64,000 nt of DNA from an uncultured Gemmatimonadales bacterium (lineage in GTDB: Bacteria > Gemmatimonadota > Gemmatimonadetes > Gemmatimonadales > GWC2-71-9): the NCBI GenBank assembly GCA_963842945.1, contig CAWJIM010000020.1:117711-181710 (forward strand), written 5' to 3'. The position numbers were made by a program, and so were the translations under genes. Positions 34,715-46,982 of the stretch are shown here, one piece after another; the stretch's first letter is position 1, and each line of letters opens with the position of its first letter. A model generated the notes under the pieces. It did not search any database, had not been told where the DNA came from, and saw nothing but the letters and a program-made list of their open reading frames with translations.

Positions 34715-36245
34715 ATGAGCGACTCATTGCTATCTACCCTGCTTCGCTACGCGATGTTCTCGGGCATCCTCCTGCTCGCCTCGGCATTCTGCATCCGTGG
34801 GATTGCACTGTTTCTGACCTACACCAGGGTTGCCGCTCTACTATTCATTGTTGTGATCCTCTCAAACGTTAATCCGGGCGACTTTGGCTATCTGGAAGAA
34901 TCTGGTCCCAGCGTCTACATCAAGGGGGTCAGTGTATTTTTTTTCCCGCTCTTTCAGTACTACCTGTATGGTTTGTTTCTGGCCACCCTTTCCAAAACAG
35001 CCTTGCAGGTCGGATTGTGATGAAGGGGTCGGGAGGAGGGTGGATGTGGCCTTTGCCGCACTGTTCGCCGGCCACGTGGGTTACGGCCTTACCACGGGGG
35101 TGCCCCTGGACCTGCTATTCTCGAACAAGGGGCTCGCCAACGTTCTGCATATGAGCATGATCGCCTATGTTGTAGTGAGTGCGTTGCGCGACGAACAAGC
35201 CCTAGCGGTAGCTACCAGAACGTTCTTAGGCATCGCCGTGTTGAGGGGATGCTATGGGTTGGTGCGCTTCCTGTTCGCCGGCGGCGATCCCCAGAATGCC
35301 TATCGCGACCTTGGCTTGAAGCTCACATTCTTCGATGTCAGCGAAGGGGTAATCGCTTCGTTGGTGGTGTATTATTGCGCCGGGAGACTGCTTCGTGGCT
35401 GGAGTACTTTGTCGGCCGTAAGCCGTGCCTTTTTCGCGGGGGCAATTACTGTTGAATTGCTGGTGATCCTGTTGTCTTATCGTCGGACGAGTTGGTATGG
35501 AGTGGTATTGGCTACAGTCTATTTCGTCTGGCTGCTCCCAAGGGACAAGCGTGCGATCACAGCCGTGCTAGTGGTGCTGCCGATGGTCTTGGCGGTGATC
35601 TACCTCAATATGGCACGATACCAGAGCGTCGAACAGACCAATCAGTCGCCGCTCGAGCGGGTTGCCCCTGACGTTGGCACCAACAGCGACATCAGATCCC
35701 CTTCCAACCGGTTCTACGAGCTGTACCGCGCCTTCGAAACGGTGCGGCAGCATCCGTTGCTCGGTGCCGGAGCTTGGGGGGAATTTGAAGTTGGCACAAA
35801 CGAGGCGGTTCTCCAATACCACCAAGGCGATTTCGGCTTCGTTCATTCCGGTTTGGGGCACATTCTGCTGAAATCCGGGCTGGTCGGCCTGGTGCTCTTT
35901 TGCGGCATAGTCATTTCCGCGTGGCGGTTCGCGGCGCTGGCAAGGACTCATCTGGCGGACAGACACCTGGCATTATTTAATAGCTCCCGAGCCGGACTAG
36001 TATTCATGGTACCCGGAATGCTTTTTGGAACTCCAATAGTCGAGATCAGGCCGATGCTACTGCTGGGCGTGATACTGGCTGTGCCAATCGCCATTTCCAG
36101 GGTCGCGAGGTCACAGGAGGTGCAGTCCGCAAGCAGGCCTGAACGCGCGATGGCACGTGCGGTGTCTCCGTTCAAGCCGCCAGGACCGCACACCGCACGT
36201 AGGCAGCCGGCGATGAGCCCGAAGTCTAAGCCGTCATCATCCTAA
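34715..36245 (+). CDS. Wzy/O-antigen-ligase-family polymerase (frameshifted)
   Basis: Multi-TM; 'LSYRRTSW', 'HPLLGAGAWG', 'VHSG..HILLKSGLVG'. Confidence 0.8.
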
Positions 36246-36807
36246 GCTCGGCCTGGGCCAGGGTATGAACCGTCGAACGGCAGCATTTTCCCTTGCTTTG
36301 TCGTGCTGGTCTGGCGGTCGGCCTCGCTCTGGCGGAAGTCTCGTTGAGGACCGTGCTTTCAAGACGGGGACTTTCTCGAGCACCCGACGTTTACCGAGCG
36401 CGACACTCTCCTCGGGGGCCGGGTAAAAGCGAACCATCTAGTACGATACCCAGCCAGGAACGCGGATGGAGAGGTAACCACCAAAGCAGTCACCATCAGG
36501 GCAGACGTACCCACGTTGCTAGGCAAGGCGCTTGATGCATTTCTACAATCTCCCAAGTAGTTGGCCCATGGCATTCGTGTCCAGCAAATCACGCGCCTCT
36601 TCGCCTTCAAACCGAGCCGAATCAATCATCTGGCCGTGTTCACCCAGGACGTCATGCGCGGGCCTTCACCCTTGCCGCCCGGGCTGCGTGTATCGTCCGT
36701 CTGACATCGCTTCGAAGCGCGGCCTGATCCGAACCGCGCAAGAGTCGAGCTTGGGCGGACGCGAGTGTCAAAATGCCCGATCGCGAGGATGCTGACCAAG
36801 GGTTTGT

Positions 36808-37740
36808 ATGAGAGTGATCAATCGCCTCAAGTCACTGGTTGGGCTACCAGCGGTGTTGGCCCGTATTACCCGGGAAACTGAAGATGTGAAGTATTTGCTA
36901 GGCGTCCATATCATCGCAGGCCGGCGTCCCGCGCCAGTGACCGACTTATCTCAGGTTGAGTTCGGTGTGTACTCGCAGTGGGGCGAGGACGGCGTTATCG
37001 AGTATCTTGTCTCCTCCCTTGAAAATATCCCTGACACTTTCATCGAGTTCGGCGTCGAGGACTACCGCGAATCCAACACTCGCTTCCTTCTCCTACACCG
37101 AAACTGGAAGGGCCTCGTTATGGACGGCAGCGGGGAGCGGATCAGCTATATCCAGCGCGACCGGATCTCGTGGCGGCACGAACTCGAGGCGAAGCAACTC
37201 TTCGTCACGGCAGAAAATATCAACGCCGCCATCCGTGGTAGCGGGATGAGGGGAGAGATCGGTCTTCTCTCGATCGATATCGATGGCAACGATTACTGGA
37301 TATGGAAGGCGATCGATGTTGTCTCGCCGTGGATCGTGGTGGTTGAATACAACTCGGTATTCGGTGCAACTCGTGCGGTCACCATTCCCTACGATCCCAG
37401 TTTCCAGCGCCGCAAGTATCATTTCTCGCAGCTGTGTTTCGGTGCATCGCTCGCGGCATTGAAGGGCTTGGCCCGCGAAAAGGGGTACGTGTTCATCGGT
37501 ACGACCTCGGCGGGCATCAATGCCTTCTTTGTAAGGCAAGACGTAATGACCGATGCCTTAAGTCAGCTCGCCGGTCACGCTCATTTCACGGCTAGCAGAG
37601 TTCGGGAGTCGCGGGACAGGGAAGGCAAACTCACTCATCTCGCGGGTGACGCACGCCTGGCCGCGATCAAGGATTGCATCGTTTACGATTGCCATGACCG
37701 GAAGACGCGGCCGCTCTCCCAAATACCGGAGCAGAGGTGA
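36808..37740 (+). CDS. FkbM-like putative methyltransferase of glycan loci
   Basis: 'SQWGEDG', 'FIEFG', 'SNTRFL', 'LSIDIDGNDYWIW', 'VEYN'. Confidence 0.7.
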   Translation: MRVINRLKSLVGLPAVLARITRETEDVKYLLGVHIIAGRRPAPVTDLSQVEFGVYSQWGEDGVIEYLVSSLENIPDTFIEFGVEDYRESNTRFLLLHRNWKGLVMDGSGERISYIQRDRISWRHELEAKQLFVTAENINAAIRGSGMRGEIGLLSIDIDGNDYWIWKAIDVVSPWIVVVEYNSVFGATRAVTIPYDPSFQRRKYHFSQLCFGASLAALKGLAREKGYVFIGTTSAGINAFFVRQDVMTDALSQLAGHAHFTASRVRESRDREGKLTHLAGDARLAAIKDCIVYDCHDRKTRPLSQIPEQR

Positions 37741-38653
37741 AGTCGTCAATTGGGGTTCAAAAAACTCTTGCAGGCCGGCAATCTTCAACATGATAGCTAT
37801 TCATCAGAATCTTTCGTACAAATTGACCACGCCCTTCTTCTGATCCCTCTTGATGCAAGGCATCGCTTGTAAACTACTGTTCCGATCTCCACGTTGGTTT
37901 CGCTCTGAGATGCCGGTAAAGTAGCGGTTGACGGCGCATAACCGACCGGCATACCGCAGTCGAGCTAAGAAGGATGGCCGACAGACTATGAAGGTGTCAC
38001 GAGCGCGACGCTCGCTGGTTGCCCGTTATGAGGTCGGCGAGCGCGCGATTAATCGCCGGACGGTGAGCGGTCGGAGGATATGGGAAGTGCCGGCCTCCCT
38101 GTGGGCTCGCATATCCAAACTGGGCTGCAAAATTCTTCATGGATGCGTTAATCGAGAAGCGACGCGTGCTCGACGAACATCTTGCCCTCGGGCGGTCGGC
38201 ACACGAAAAGGCAGGGTCGAATCGGAAGGCAATAGCACAGCTCGCACAATTAGCCACCTCGTATTCCTGGCCTAAATTCAGTCTTACCCCTAGTCTCACC
38301 CACACTCCATCACGTGGCTCGAAGACCAGCAGGCCGAGCGGGGCGACCGGTACATCTCCAGAATGGCGCGATGCGGTGAGTAGCAGTGATGAAGACCCCT
38401 ATGAACGATGCGGAAGTCGAACTCATTTTCTCCAAGCGTATGTGCTCTGCATCCTGAAAACTCCATCCGAAAGGGGCGAAGTCATGCTCCTCGATGCGAG
38501 TATTCAGGTTGGAGATGCGACCTTCGAAAAGCGCAGCCCTCCAGCACATTGCGGTCGAGCGGTCCTCCGGAGCAAGATTCGCATATCAGGGCTCAAGACA
38601 CGCCTCTTCAGCGGGCCGGGGATCGTATTGGTGTAGAAGTCCGCCATTGCGGC

Positions 38654-39852
38654 TTAGCTGGTCCTGGCCAGGGGGGGCATCTTGACGCGGTGTGTCCTTT
38701 CGAGCGTGCTCCGATAGACATCCGCTAGCTGCCGATATCCCACCTCCGGAGCATAGCGCGCTTCAAATACTTGTCTGGCACGGCGACCCATAGCAGCTAG
38801 CTGTTCTGGGCTGTCGATGGTCCATTGCAGAGTCTTGAGCCAACTCGCTGTATCACTCGGTGGCACCAGTACTCCAGAGGTCCCGTCCTGCAGGATCTCG
38901 GGCAGTGAGCCCAGCCGGCTTGCAACTACCGGGAGTCCTGTGGCCATGGCCTCGAGCAAAACCATCGGGAATCCCTCGTACCACTCAGTCAGAAACACAA
39001 GAAATCTGGCGTCTTTCATAGCTGCAAGTACCTGTTCACGGGTCTGCTGGCCCAGCCATTGTATGTTTGGGGTCCTGGCAGCGGCGAGCTTCTCGAGTGG
39101 ACCGCTGCCCATCACGCGCAAGGTCATACCGGGAGCCAGCTCACTCCAGATTCGCACGAGCGCCGCGATCCCTTTCTCGGCACTCAGTCTCCCCACGAAC
39201 AGAGCGAAATCGCCTTGGTGTGTGCCGGGTCCAGGATCCTGCTGCAGGAAATTCGGTTTGACCACAACGCGGTCGGCGGGCAGGCCTCCAGCCACGAACT
39301 TGGCACGGGCGAAGTTCTCAGCGCGATGTAGGTATCGACTGCGGTCGCCAGGTGCCGAGTAAGCGATGAACACTCAACATGGCAGCTACCACCGCACTCG
39401 CCTCACGACTCTGCCGGTAGCAGCGATGGAGCACGCCGGGCCATGCCACGGACCGGCCCAGACCGCTTCGCACTGGTGTCCTTTCCGGAGAAACAATCCA
39501 TTGAGACAGAGGAGCCGGAAGTTGTGCAGTGTCTGCACCACCGGAAGATACCGAGCCGCCGCGCTGCGGTGTACGCCGCAGGGGACACCAACGGGAACGT
39601 ATTATGACAATGGACAAGGTCCGGCCTGAACTCCTGCAGGAGGTTGGTCAACTCCTGATAGACCTGACGATTCCAGACCGTAGATTCGGCCAGTCCCAGT
39701 TTACCCATAGAGGCAACCCGGCTGTTGTGCATAGTATAGACACGCACAACCTCACCATGAGCTTGCAGGATTTCCCTCTCAGCGGCAAACACCTGGTCTT
39801 CGCCGCCGGGCTGCAAGTAATAGTTATGGACGAGAAGAATTTTCACAGTCAT
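38654..39852 (-). CDS. GT4 glycosyltransferase (frameshifted)
   Basis: 'HNYYLQPGGED', 'HNTFPLVSP', 'VGRLSAEKG', 'WYEGFPMVLLEA'. Confidence 0.88.
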
Positions 39853-40068
39853 CTCGCAAAATCGCGTCCAGACGATGATGTCTCGTATGTCCTCCAATTT
39901 GCCCGAGCCGCGTAAATCCAGTGAGCTGCAGTGCGTTAAGGCCGCTCAGGTCGTCACCAAAGTCGCTCGAACGTGCTCTTTCAGCAGACCGGCTTCAGAG
40001 GCCATCTTGTATCAGGAGAGAAAAACCGGAGGGAGGCCAGACCATCGCGACGATGTGACGAGCATCAT

Positions 40069-41223
40069 TCATTCGGCATTACTCCAAGCGGGTAAATAAT
40101 CGTCATTAGCTTCCCTCAACCCTCGGTCCAGTTCTCGGACTAGAATGTTCGCCACTTCATCGATCCGCCGGAGTCGTGTGAGATCAGGGGGAGGGAGCTG
40201 CCCGGCGAGGGCGTCTTTCGGCTTTGGTCCAAGTCAGCCGGGTCGAGTGGGTCGAAAATGCTATTCATAGGTACCAGCTCCTTGGCGCATCCCGCATAGA
40301 CAGAGGACCAGGGCGGGCAGCCAGACCAGAGCGCCTCATTCACCACCAAACCCCAAACGTCCTCAAGAGTGGGGAACACCAGGATGTCTCCACTACGGTA
40401 CACCGCCGGCATATTCTTCGAATCCCCGGCCGGCAGGAATCACGTTTTGCAGTCTCAGCTCCTCAGCTCTCTGCTGTAGGGGAAGCTTCTCAGGACCGTC
40501 GCCGACCACAAGGAGGGAGAAAGCCAAACCTTCCGCCTGCAATCGGCTCGCCGCCTGAAGCAAAGATTACCCCCTTCCTTGGTATCAGCTGGCCAACGCA
40601 GAGGAGCACCGGTTTGATCTGGAGTTGGATCGCCGGGGATACGATCTCCGTGTACTCCCTTTCGAGAACGCAATTCTGGAGCTCCACAACGGCCTGCTTT
40701 GACACCCCCAGGGATGAGATGCTCGGTCGAGCTCCCCCGGTCAGCTGAACCAGCGCCGCACCCGAGGTATGAAGTGACGCCGGAAGATCCGCTTGATTCT
40801 CCCAATTCCACGCTCGGTGTGGCGAGTGCCACCCCACCACACCCATACCGGGCACCCGAACATACTGCCGTAAACGAGAGCTACCAGGCTACGGAAGCCC
40901 ATTTCGTTCGTGATTATCGCGTCAGGCCGGACCCGGATTAGATCCGTGAAAAAACCGGGATTCAGGTGCAGGTATCCGGTGTCCAGAGCGGCCCCACGAT
41001 CTCGCTTGCTCCACCTAAAGGTGAACCCGGTCGCCCGCTTGACCTTGAAGCTGTAGTGCTGGTGTGTGAGATGGTTCCACTGATCCCGGTTGCTCTCCTC
41101 ACCCGAGTACAAGACGGTCACCTCGTAATGCTCGGCGAGCCGCTGGAAAACCGGTACCCGATAGGGCGCGAGCACGTTGGTGAGAATCGCCAGCTTTGCT
41201 CGTCTAGGATCGGAGCTACTCAC
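40069..41223 (-). CDS. GT4 glycosyltransferase (frameshifted)
   Basis: 'TNVLAPYR', 'VGQLIPRKG', 'FPTLEDVWGLVVNEA'. Confidence 0.85.
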
Positions 41224-41284
41224 AGGGCATGCCGGTAAGGGGCTTTGATGAATGTTCCCGAGGTCTAGCCACAGGTCCGGGCCT

Positions 41285-41575
41285 TCAATCCGTAAGCACC
41301 AGGCGAGTGGTCACTGTTCTTGGTCGGTGGGAACCCTGGCCTAAAAGGCAATGGTCGTATCCGCGTTCTGAGAGAGCGAAGCGTCCGTCGGAGATCGCCA
41401 TTTCGTGTTGAACGATGTCCGCCTTACTGGCGAAACGTTGCGCGACCACTTCGCAAGCAAATACCATCGTGGGTGACAGCCTTTGAGGGCTGGAGGGCAC
41501 AAGCCGGCCTGGCCGCGAAGGACGCGGCTCGGCCAGCACGCCTTTTACATCTCCTCTGTGGCCCCAAACCCTCAC
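41285..41575 (-). pseudogene. Possible FkbM-type methyltransferase remnant
   Basis: Degenerate 'VWGHRGDV', 'VFACE', 'HEMAISD'; short and incomplete. Confidence 0.3.
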
Positions 41576-41620
41576 GCCAAGAGCAATGCATTGTCAGGCG
41601 ACCTTCTGGCACGTGCTCGG

Positions 41621-42419
41621 TCAACCAATGCTGTCATTCCTCGAAGAACCCTTAATGACAACCCGACCATCATGTTGCCCAGTCCCGGAAGGAGTGACAG
41701 TAAGCCGTACGCCGACTTTGCAACTCACAGGCTCATCTGCTTTGGGAATCTTCTTGCGAAGCCGGATATCGTCGTATTGTGATCCCACAACCGCATCGCC
41801 CTTATGTGACAGGGGGATTCCAGATGATAGCTTCTTGCGGATTGCTCGAGAATGGTCTGATTCCACCTGAACACGTAGTTGACTTCCTCGCCGTGCCGTT
41901 CCCACGTGGTTCCGAACGATCTTGCCACGATACCTGTGTGAGGCTCAATGAGAACAATAGCTTTTCGTGATACTCTGCAGCATTTCGGTGTAGCCAAGCA
42001 CAGGCCGCGGGAGATGGTGGAGGCCGTCTTGGACCACCACTAGATCATAGGAGTTGTCGGGAAGATCCAAGTGCTCAGCGTTCAATTGAATCGTTCTCAG
42101 GCGGGGATCAAAACGATGGCATAATCTGCAATGCGTTTTCAGAGAAATCACTGTTGGTTATGGAGACGAAGCCCTTATTCGCAAAGAAGGTCCTTTCGCC
42201 ACCGACACCGCCGCAGATGATTAAGATATCCCAATGTATGATGTCAACTAAGGTAAGCTGCAGTTGTTGAAGAATATGGTTAAGGGCCTTATTCAACCTC
42301 CTATCCCGCACGTATCTGGTGAGCGGGTCGTTGGAATAGTGGAACGACCAGCGCTGATAGCTCTCATTGAGATAAGCGTCGTTAAAGGCTTTCTTCTGAT
42401 GCGCTACGTTGTCGCTCAT
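41621..42419 (-). CDS. Class I SAM methyltransferase, lower GC (frameshifted)
   Basis: 'CGGVGGE', 'NSDFS', 'NAEHLDLPDNSYD...GLHHL', 'LIEP'. Confidence 0.8.
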
Positions 42420-43144
42420 TTGGGGCTGATTGCTGACCAAGTTCCGGAGCTAGTTGTCAGCCATTGGGGATGATTGCTAACAAGTAAATCCACCACTCTA
42501 CCAAGACGAATGGTCTACGCACTAACCGGCAGTGGATCCATGTGGTCCAGAAGCAACATCAAGAATGGACGAGCTAGGCAATTAGAACCTCAATGTCTAA
42601 AGATATACGGCCTACTCCTTTTGCTGCACTCTGCGGGGCCAGGGCTTTTGCCGGATAGTACGCTACTTGGGCACGTGCACCGGCCACACAATGGAAGGCA
42701 CTGCGCCGCAAGACGAGCGCAAACTCCGCAGAGTATCGTAGCTATTGTACAGCGGTTCCCTCCAAGTATGTCGTCCGAGTTCAACCAAGGCAACTCACCG
42801 GCGGATCCAAGCGAGACTCTGTATTGAATATGGCCTCCATGACAAAGGGCTTTGCGATCCCTCGGTGACGGTCCGCGCTCCACTGCCAGTGCAGGCGACA
42901 TTGCCAGAGTCAGGCTGGAAGAGCACCTTTGTCTAGGAAATGGTGTGGTACCGGAGACAAGGAAGCTGCGGCTCGAACCTGCGAAGTGGCCCTAGGGCGG
43001 ATAGGCTGCCCCCCGTACTGCCACTCGCCGGGGGGACTTCGGGGTGAACGCAGGCCAGGGGGAGTTTAAGCTCGCCGCCTGGGCACATGGTATCCAGGCT
43101 GCTGCGCAGCGGCTATGGCCTTGCGGAGTCTATCGACACAGACC

Positions 43145-44046
43145 ATGCAGATCGACATCTGTATCGCGACCTTCAGGCGGCCTGCCTTGCTGGAGCGCCT
43201 GCTGCGTGACTTGCTATGCAACAGCTTCCCGGAGGCGTATCAACGCACATCATCGTGGTAGATAACGATCCGCTGGAGTCGGCTCGTCCCGTAGTCGCAG
43301 CATTCCGGGCCTGCTGCACCTCACTTGAATACCTCACACAACCGGAACAGAACATTGCGCTTACACGGAACAGGGCCCTCGATCACTCGCAGGGCGAACT
43401 GATCGCGTTTATCGACGACGACGAGTCTGCTCCGACTGGTTGGTTGTCGGCGCTATTGGCGACGATGGAGCGCTACGCGGCCGACGCCGTTCTCGGCCCC
43501 GTAACGGGGATCGTCCCCGAGAGCGCGCCTCGTTGGATCGTCCAAGGGCGGTTCTTCGAACGGCCTGCGGTGCCCACGGGGACTCGTCTCCAGACCGGGG
43601 GGACTGGCAACGCGTTGATGAAGGCGTCCGCGGTGCGCGGCAAGGTCGCTTTCGATCCACGCTACGGACTCTCGGGCAGCGAGGACACGGATTTCTTCCA
43701 GCGGTTACGTCTCAGTGGTGCCGTTTTGGTCTGGTGCCAAGAAGCTCAGCTGACGGAATATGTACCTGAAGAACGCCTGACGATGCGTTGGCTCCTGAGC
43801 CGAGGGTTTAGGGGAGGGCAACGCTATGCCGACATTGTCGAGCGGCCCGAGGGCGGCATAAGGATCTCGGGCTGGCTTGCCAAAAGGGCCGGCTTCGTAG
43901 TCGCAGCCGCGCTCTTGACCGTGACCTGCCTCCCGTTCAGCAAAGCCTTGGCGATGCGCTATGCGATTAAGATGGCCAGCAGCCTCGGGCAGGTGAGCAC
44001 GATCTTTGAATACCGCTATCAACCGTACCGGCATCAAAGGCCATGA
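43145..44046 (+). CDS. GT2 glycosyltransferase, ExoM-like (5' frameshift)
   Basis: 'MQIDICIATFRRP', 'VVDND', 'FIDDDE', 'GTGN', 'GSEDT'. Confidence 0.85.
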
Positions 44047-44275
44047 CGACTCTCGGGATGCTGCCTACAGCACGTGCCGACATCTTCGGCTTGGTATAGC
44101 TGGTTCCTGGCCAGCCGATATTCTTGATGCGTCGCAAGGTGCGACCTATCCGCGAAAATCCCTGTCGAATTGGTGCGCGCGGAAGTCCCATCTTTTAAGA
44201 CAAACCGTGCAGTTTCACCTATTCTTGCCTCTATTTAATAGCAGGATATCTACAGCTGCATTGATTGGAGTAAAA

Positions 44276-45121
44276 ATGAGTGTTTCCAATCCGGGCGATG
44301 TGCCGGCAGAAGAAAAAGCTCGCAGTTTTTATGATAAGGAAGGCTGGTCTGCCGACACCGAGGGCCATTCTCTCGATGCTCGCCTCTGGGAAGACCTTCG
44401 CCCGGCAGCAAAAGATTATGTCTCCAATTGCAGACGCCGTATCTCTCTTCACCTTCCTGCAAAGGGGGACTTTCTCTTAGACGCGGGATCTGGTCCCGTT
44501 CAATATCCGGAGTATCTGGAGTTCTCTAGAAAGTTCACAAAGCATTACTGTGTGGATATTTCGGTTGCCGCACTGAACGAAGCCAAGAAAAACCTGGGCG
44601 AAAAAGGGGAGTATTTCAAAGCAACTCTCTTGAATCTCCCCTTCGACGATGATTTCTTTGACGCGGCAGTGAGCCTTCACACGATTTATCACATCGATCG
44701 CAAGGACCAGGAGCAGGCGGTACGCGAGCTCATCCGTGTGACGAAGCCCCGAGCTCCCCTGATCATTATCTACGCCAATCCCCAGCGGCCGGGAAACCTC
44801 ATCAAAACTTCGATTCGAAGAGTCCTTGGTGTCAACACTTCGATTCGAAGAGTCGTTGGTATTAAACCAAAGCCAAGCCTGCTCTATTATCATGCCTACC
44901 CATTGAACTGGTGGTCGCGTTTTGAGGACGTTGGGTCTGTAGAAATCAAGCCTTGGAGAATGCTCACGGCCGGATCGTCGAAACGGTTTATTCCTAATTC
45001 GGAAATCGGAAAAAAACTCTTCCGCTCTTTAACAGAGATGGAAAACAATTGGGAAAAATTGAGTGTCACGTTGGGCGCATATCCCATGATCATCATCAAC
45101 AAAGACCCCAGGATGAAGTAG
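44276..45121 (+). CDS. Class I SAM methyltransferase, lower GC
   Basis: 'LLDAGSGP', 'CVDIS', 'LPFDDDFFD...HTIYH'; GGAG RBS. Confidence 0.88.
   Translation: MSVSNPGDVPAEEKARSFYDKEGWSADTEGHSLDARLWEDLRPAAKDYVSNCRRRISLHLPAKGDFLLDAGSGPVQYPEYLEFSRKFTKHYCVDISVAALNEAKKNLGEKGEYFKATLLNLPFDDDFFDAAVSLHTIYHIDRKDQEQAVRELIRVTKPRAPLIIIYANPQRPGNLIKTSIRRVLGVNTSIRRVVGIKPKPSLLYYHAYPLNWWSRFEDVGSVEIKPWRMLTAGSSKRFIPNSEIGKKLFRSLTEMENNWEKLSVTLGAYPMIIINKDPRMK
44807..44860 (+). repeat. In-frame 30-bp-period tandem duplication
   Basis: acttcgattcgaagagtc(c/g)ttggt twice, encoding TSIRRVLGVN/TSIRRVVGIK. Confidence 0.9.
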
Positions 45122-45429
45122 GGAAACGATCTGCAGGCGCTCGTCTCTTACGTCGGACGTGAGATCGACCAGCACGGTGGTCTATTGATAATCAGGATGC
45201 ATTCAAACGCATGCTGGCTGATGCGATGGCCTTTATGTGGGCTGTGGTTGTGAGTGGTAGCGATGGGGCCATTCCAGGCGACGATATACGTCGCGGAGCG
45301 AATCGCACTACCGTCTCAGCAGGCTGCAACGCTCCCCGCCATCCCAGGATTCTGTGCAACCTTCCGGCAGCTGCTGGCGGTGACTATTCTCGCCCGCCTT
45401 GGTGCACGGCGAGGCCTGTCCGATCCCGA

Positions 45430-45640
45430 TCCTTCGCCATCAAGCAGTATGTTACGGTGTGGTGGAGTGGTGCCCGAGATACTGCGGTGGATATCTACCA
45501 GAACCGGGTATTTCTGGGGCAGATGCGAATGACGGCTTGTACACTGCGTCTCGGGCCTCGCTCGGACTGAGGCAAGTCACTTTCAGCGTGTACGAGCTGG
45601 GGAGCACCAGCCTGTGCTCCAACCACGCAGCGTGACCTTG
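45430..45640 (+). pseudogene. Remnant of a C-terminal beta-sandwich module of a secreted protein
   Basis: 'VTVWWSGA..AVDIYQN' then frameshift to 'NDGLYT...TFSVYELGSTSLCSN'; no upstream gene body recognisable. Confidence 0.5.
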
Positions 45641-45972
45641 AAGCGCCAAGGTGCGAATGGTGGAGGGTCTTGCGAAAAGAGAAATTACACCCTAGCGTAG
45701 CATAATCATTTTTTCGCTACCTTGAACGCTCTCCGAGAGACTGATGCGCACTGGTGCCGCTCATCGGCATCCGCGCCATGCTTGTGACCGGATGCCAAGA
45801 CGAAGCTTAAAACCGCGTCTCGCGCCGAACCTCCGGTCAACGAGCCTTCGGAGAACGGGCTCCTGGCTCCCATCCATCTGATCTACGCTGGCTGTATAAC
45901 TTCCGAAGTAAAATTGCTATTCGTGCCAGCACGATTGTTGAGTCTAGTTTACGCACAATTCAGGGAAGCACC

Positions 45973-46710
45973 ATGAAAGCGCCGGAAATCGCACGCATTC
46001 TTAATGGAATCCCCGTCATGGAGCCGAAGCAGGGCATCGAAATTACCGAATTCATACAAGAGAACCGTCTGAGCAGGTGCTTGGAGCTCGGATTCGCTCA
46101 CGGCGTAGGAACGGCCTATATGGCTCATGCGGTTGCTCAAATGGAGAATGGAAGGGTTGTGAGCATCGATCTTGAGGAGGCCCGCAAGCGAAATCCTGAT
46201 ATCCACACGGTGTTACGGAGCGTCGGCATACCCCCGGAGCGGGTCGATATCTATTTCGAGCCGACCTCCTATACCTGGCGGCTGATGCGGTTTCTGCAGG
46301 AAGGTCGTCGGGATTACTTCGACTTCATCTACATAGATGGCGCACACACATGGACCGTTGATGGATTGGCCTTCTACCTCGGAGCGCTGCTGCTCAGACC
46401 GGGTGGATGGATTCTGTTCGACGATCTCGACTGGACTCTAGAAACGTCCTCTATCCGCGCGGAGCCCTGGGTGAAACGCTTGCCGTTGGAGGAACGGCAA
46501 AGTCCGCAGGTTCGATTGATCTGGGATCTTCTTGTGAAGAGTCATCCAGGTTTCGATCAGCTGCTTGATAAGGGGAATTGGGGATTTGCGCGCAAGTCCG
46601 AAGGTCCGGTTGCTCACTCAGTAGTGGTCGAGTATCGACAGCACCCTCTGATAGATTCGCTCAGGAAGATGGGCGGAGCCCTGATGCGGCGCTATCGTTC
46701 CTCCCCGTAG
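45973..46710 (+). CDS. Class I SAM O-methyltransferase (Methyltransf_24-like)
   Basis: 'LELGFAHGVG', 'FDFIYIDGAH', 'LRPGGWILFDD'. Confidence 0.9.
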   Translation: MKAPEIARILNGIPVMEPKQGIEITEFIQENRLSRCLELGFAHGVGTAYMAHAVAQMENGRVVSIDLEEARKRNPDIHTVLRSVGIPPERVDIYFEPTSYTWRLMRFLQEGRRDYFDFIYIDGAHTWTVDGLAFYLGALLLRPGGWILFDDLDWTLETSSIRAEPWVKRLPLEERQSPQVRLIWDLLVKSHPGFDQLLDKGNWGFARKSEGPVAHSVVVEYRQHPLIDSLRKMGGALMRRYRSSP

Positions 46711-46982
46711 ACGGGACGGTCACTATATGGCTGCAGCATTCGGCATGGCTGCACCATTCGGCGAAAGCAATGAGCGGCAGCCCCGGGCAAGTGGCAATAA
46801 TCCTGTTCACGTCTTCTGAGCTAAGAGCCGGTTCGCTAGTCGACGGAGCACACACGTCCACTACCGTTCTCGCCGCCCGCTCATTTCAAGGGCGTCGCAA
46901 AGTGATCTCACTGGGCTCAGACCCCCTTCAGCGCGAGCGCACCGCCCCGACGAGCGCTTACTTGACACTCAAGTTCTGACGA

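Noticed and set aside
37741..38650. ORF 38139-38636 and neighbours
   Set aside because: No motifs, RBS or coherent composition; left unannotated, possibly decayed sequence.
42945..43065. Cobalamin-riboswitch-like words (GGAA, GCCCCC, GCCACT, GGGGA, GCCAGG)
   Set aside because: Spacing and pairing do not fit, there is no B12 box, and the downstream gene is a GT2; only an Rfam search could rescue it.
45672..45717. Imperfect inverted repeat GCGAAAA...TTTTCGC
   Set aside because: AT-rich imperfect stem with no clear gene to terminate; weak evidence.
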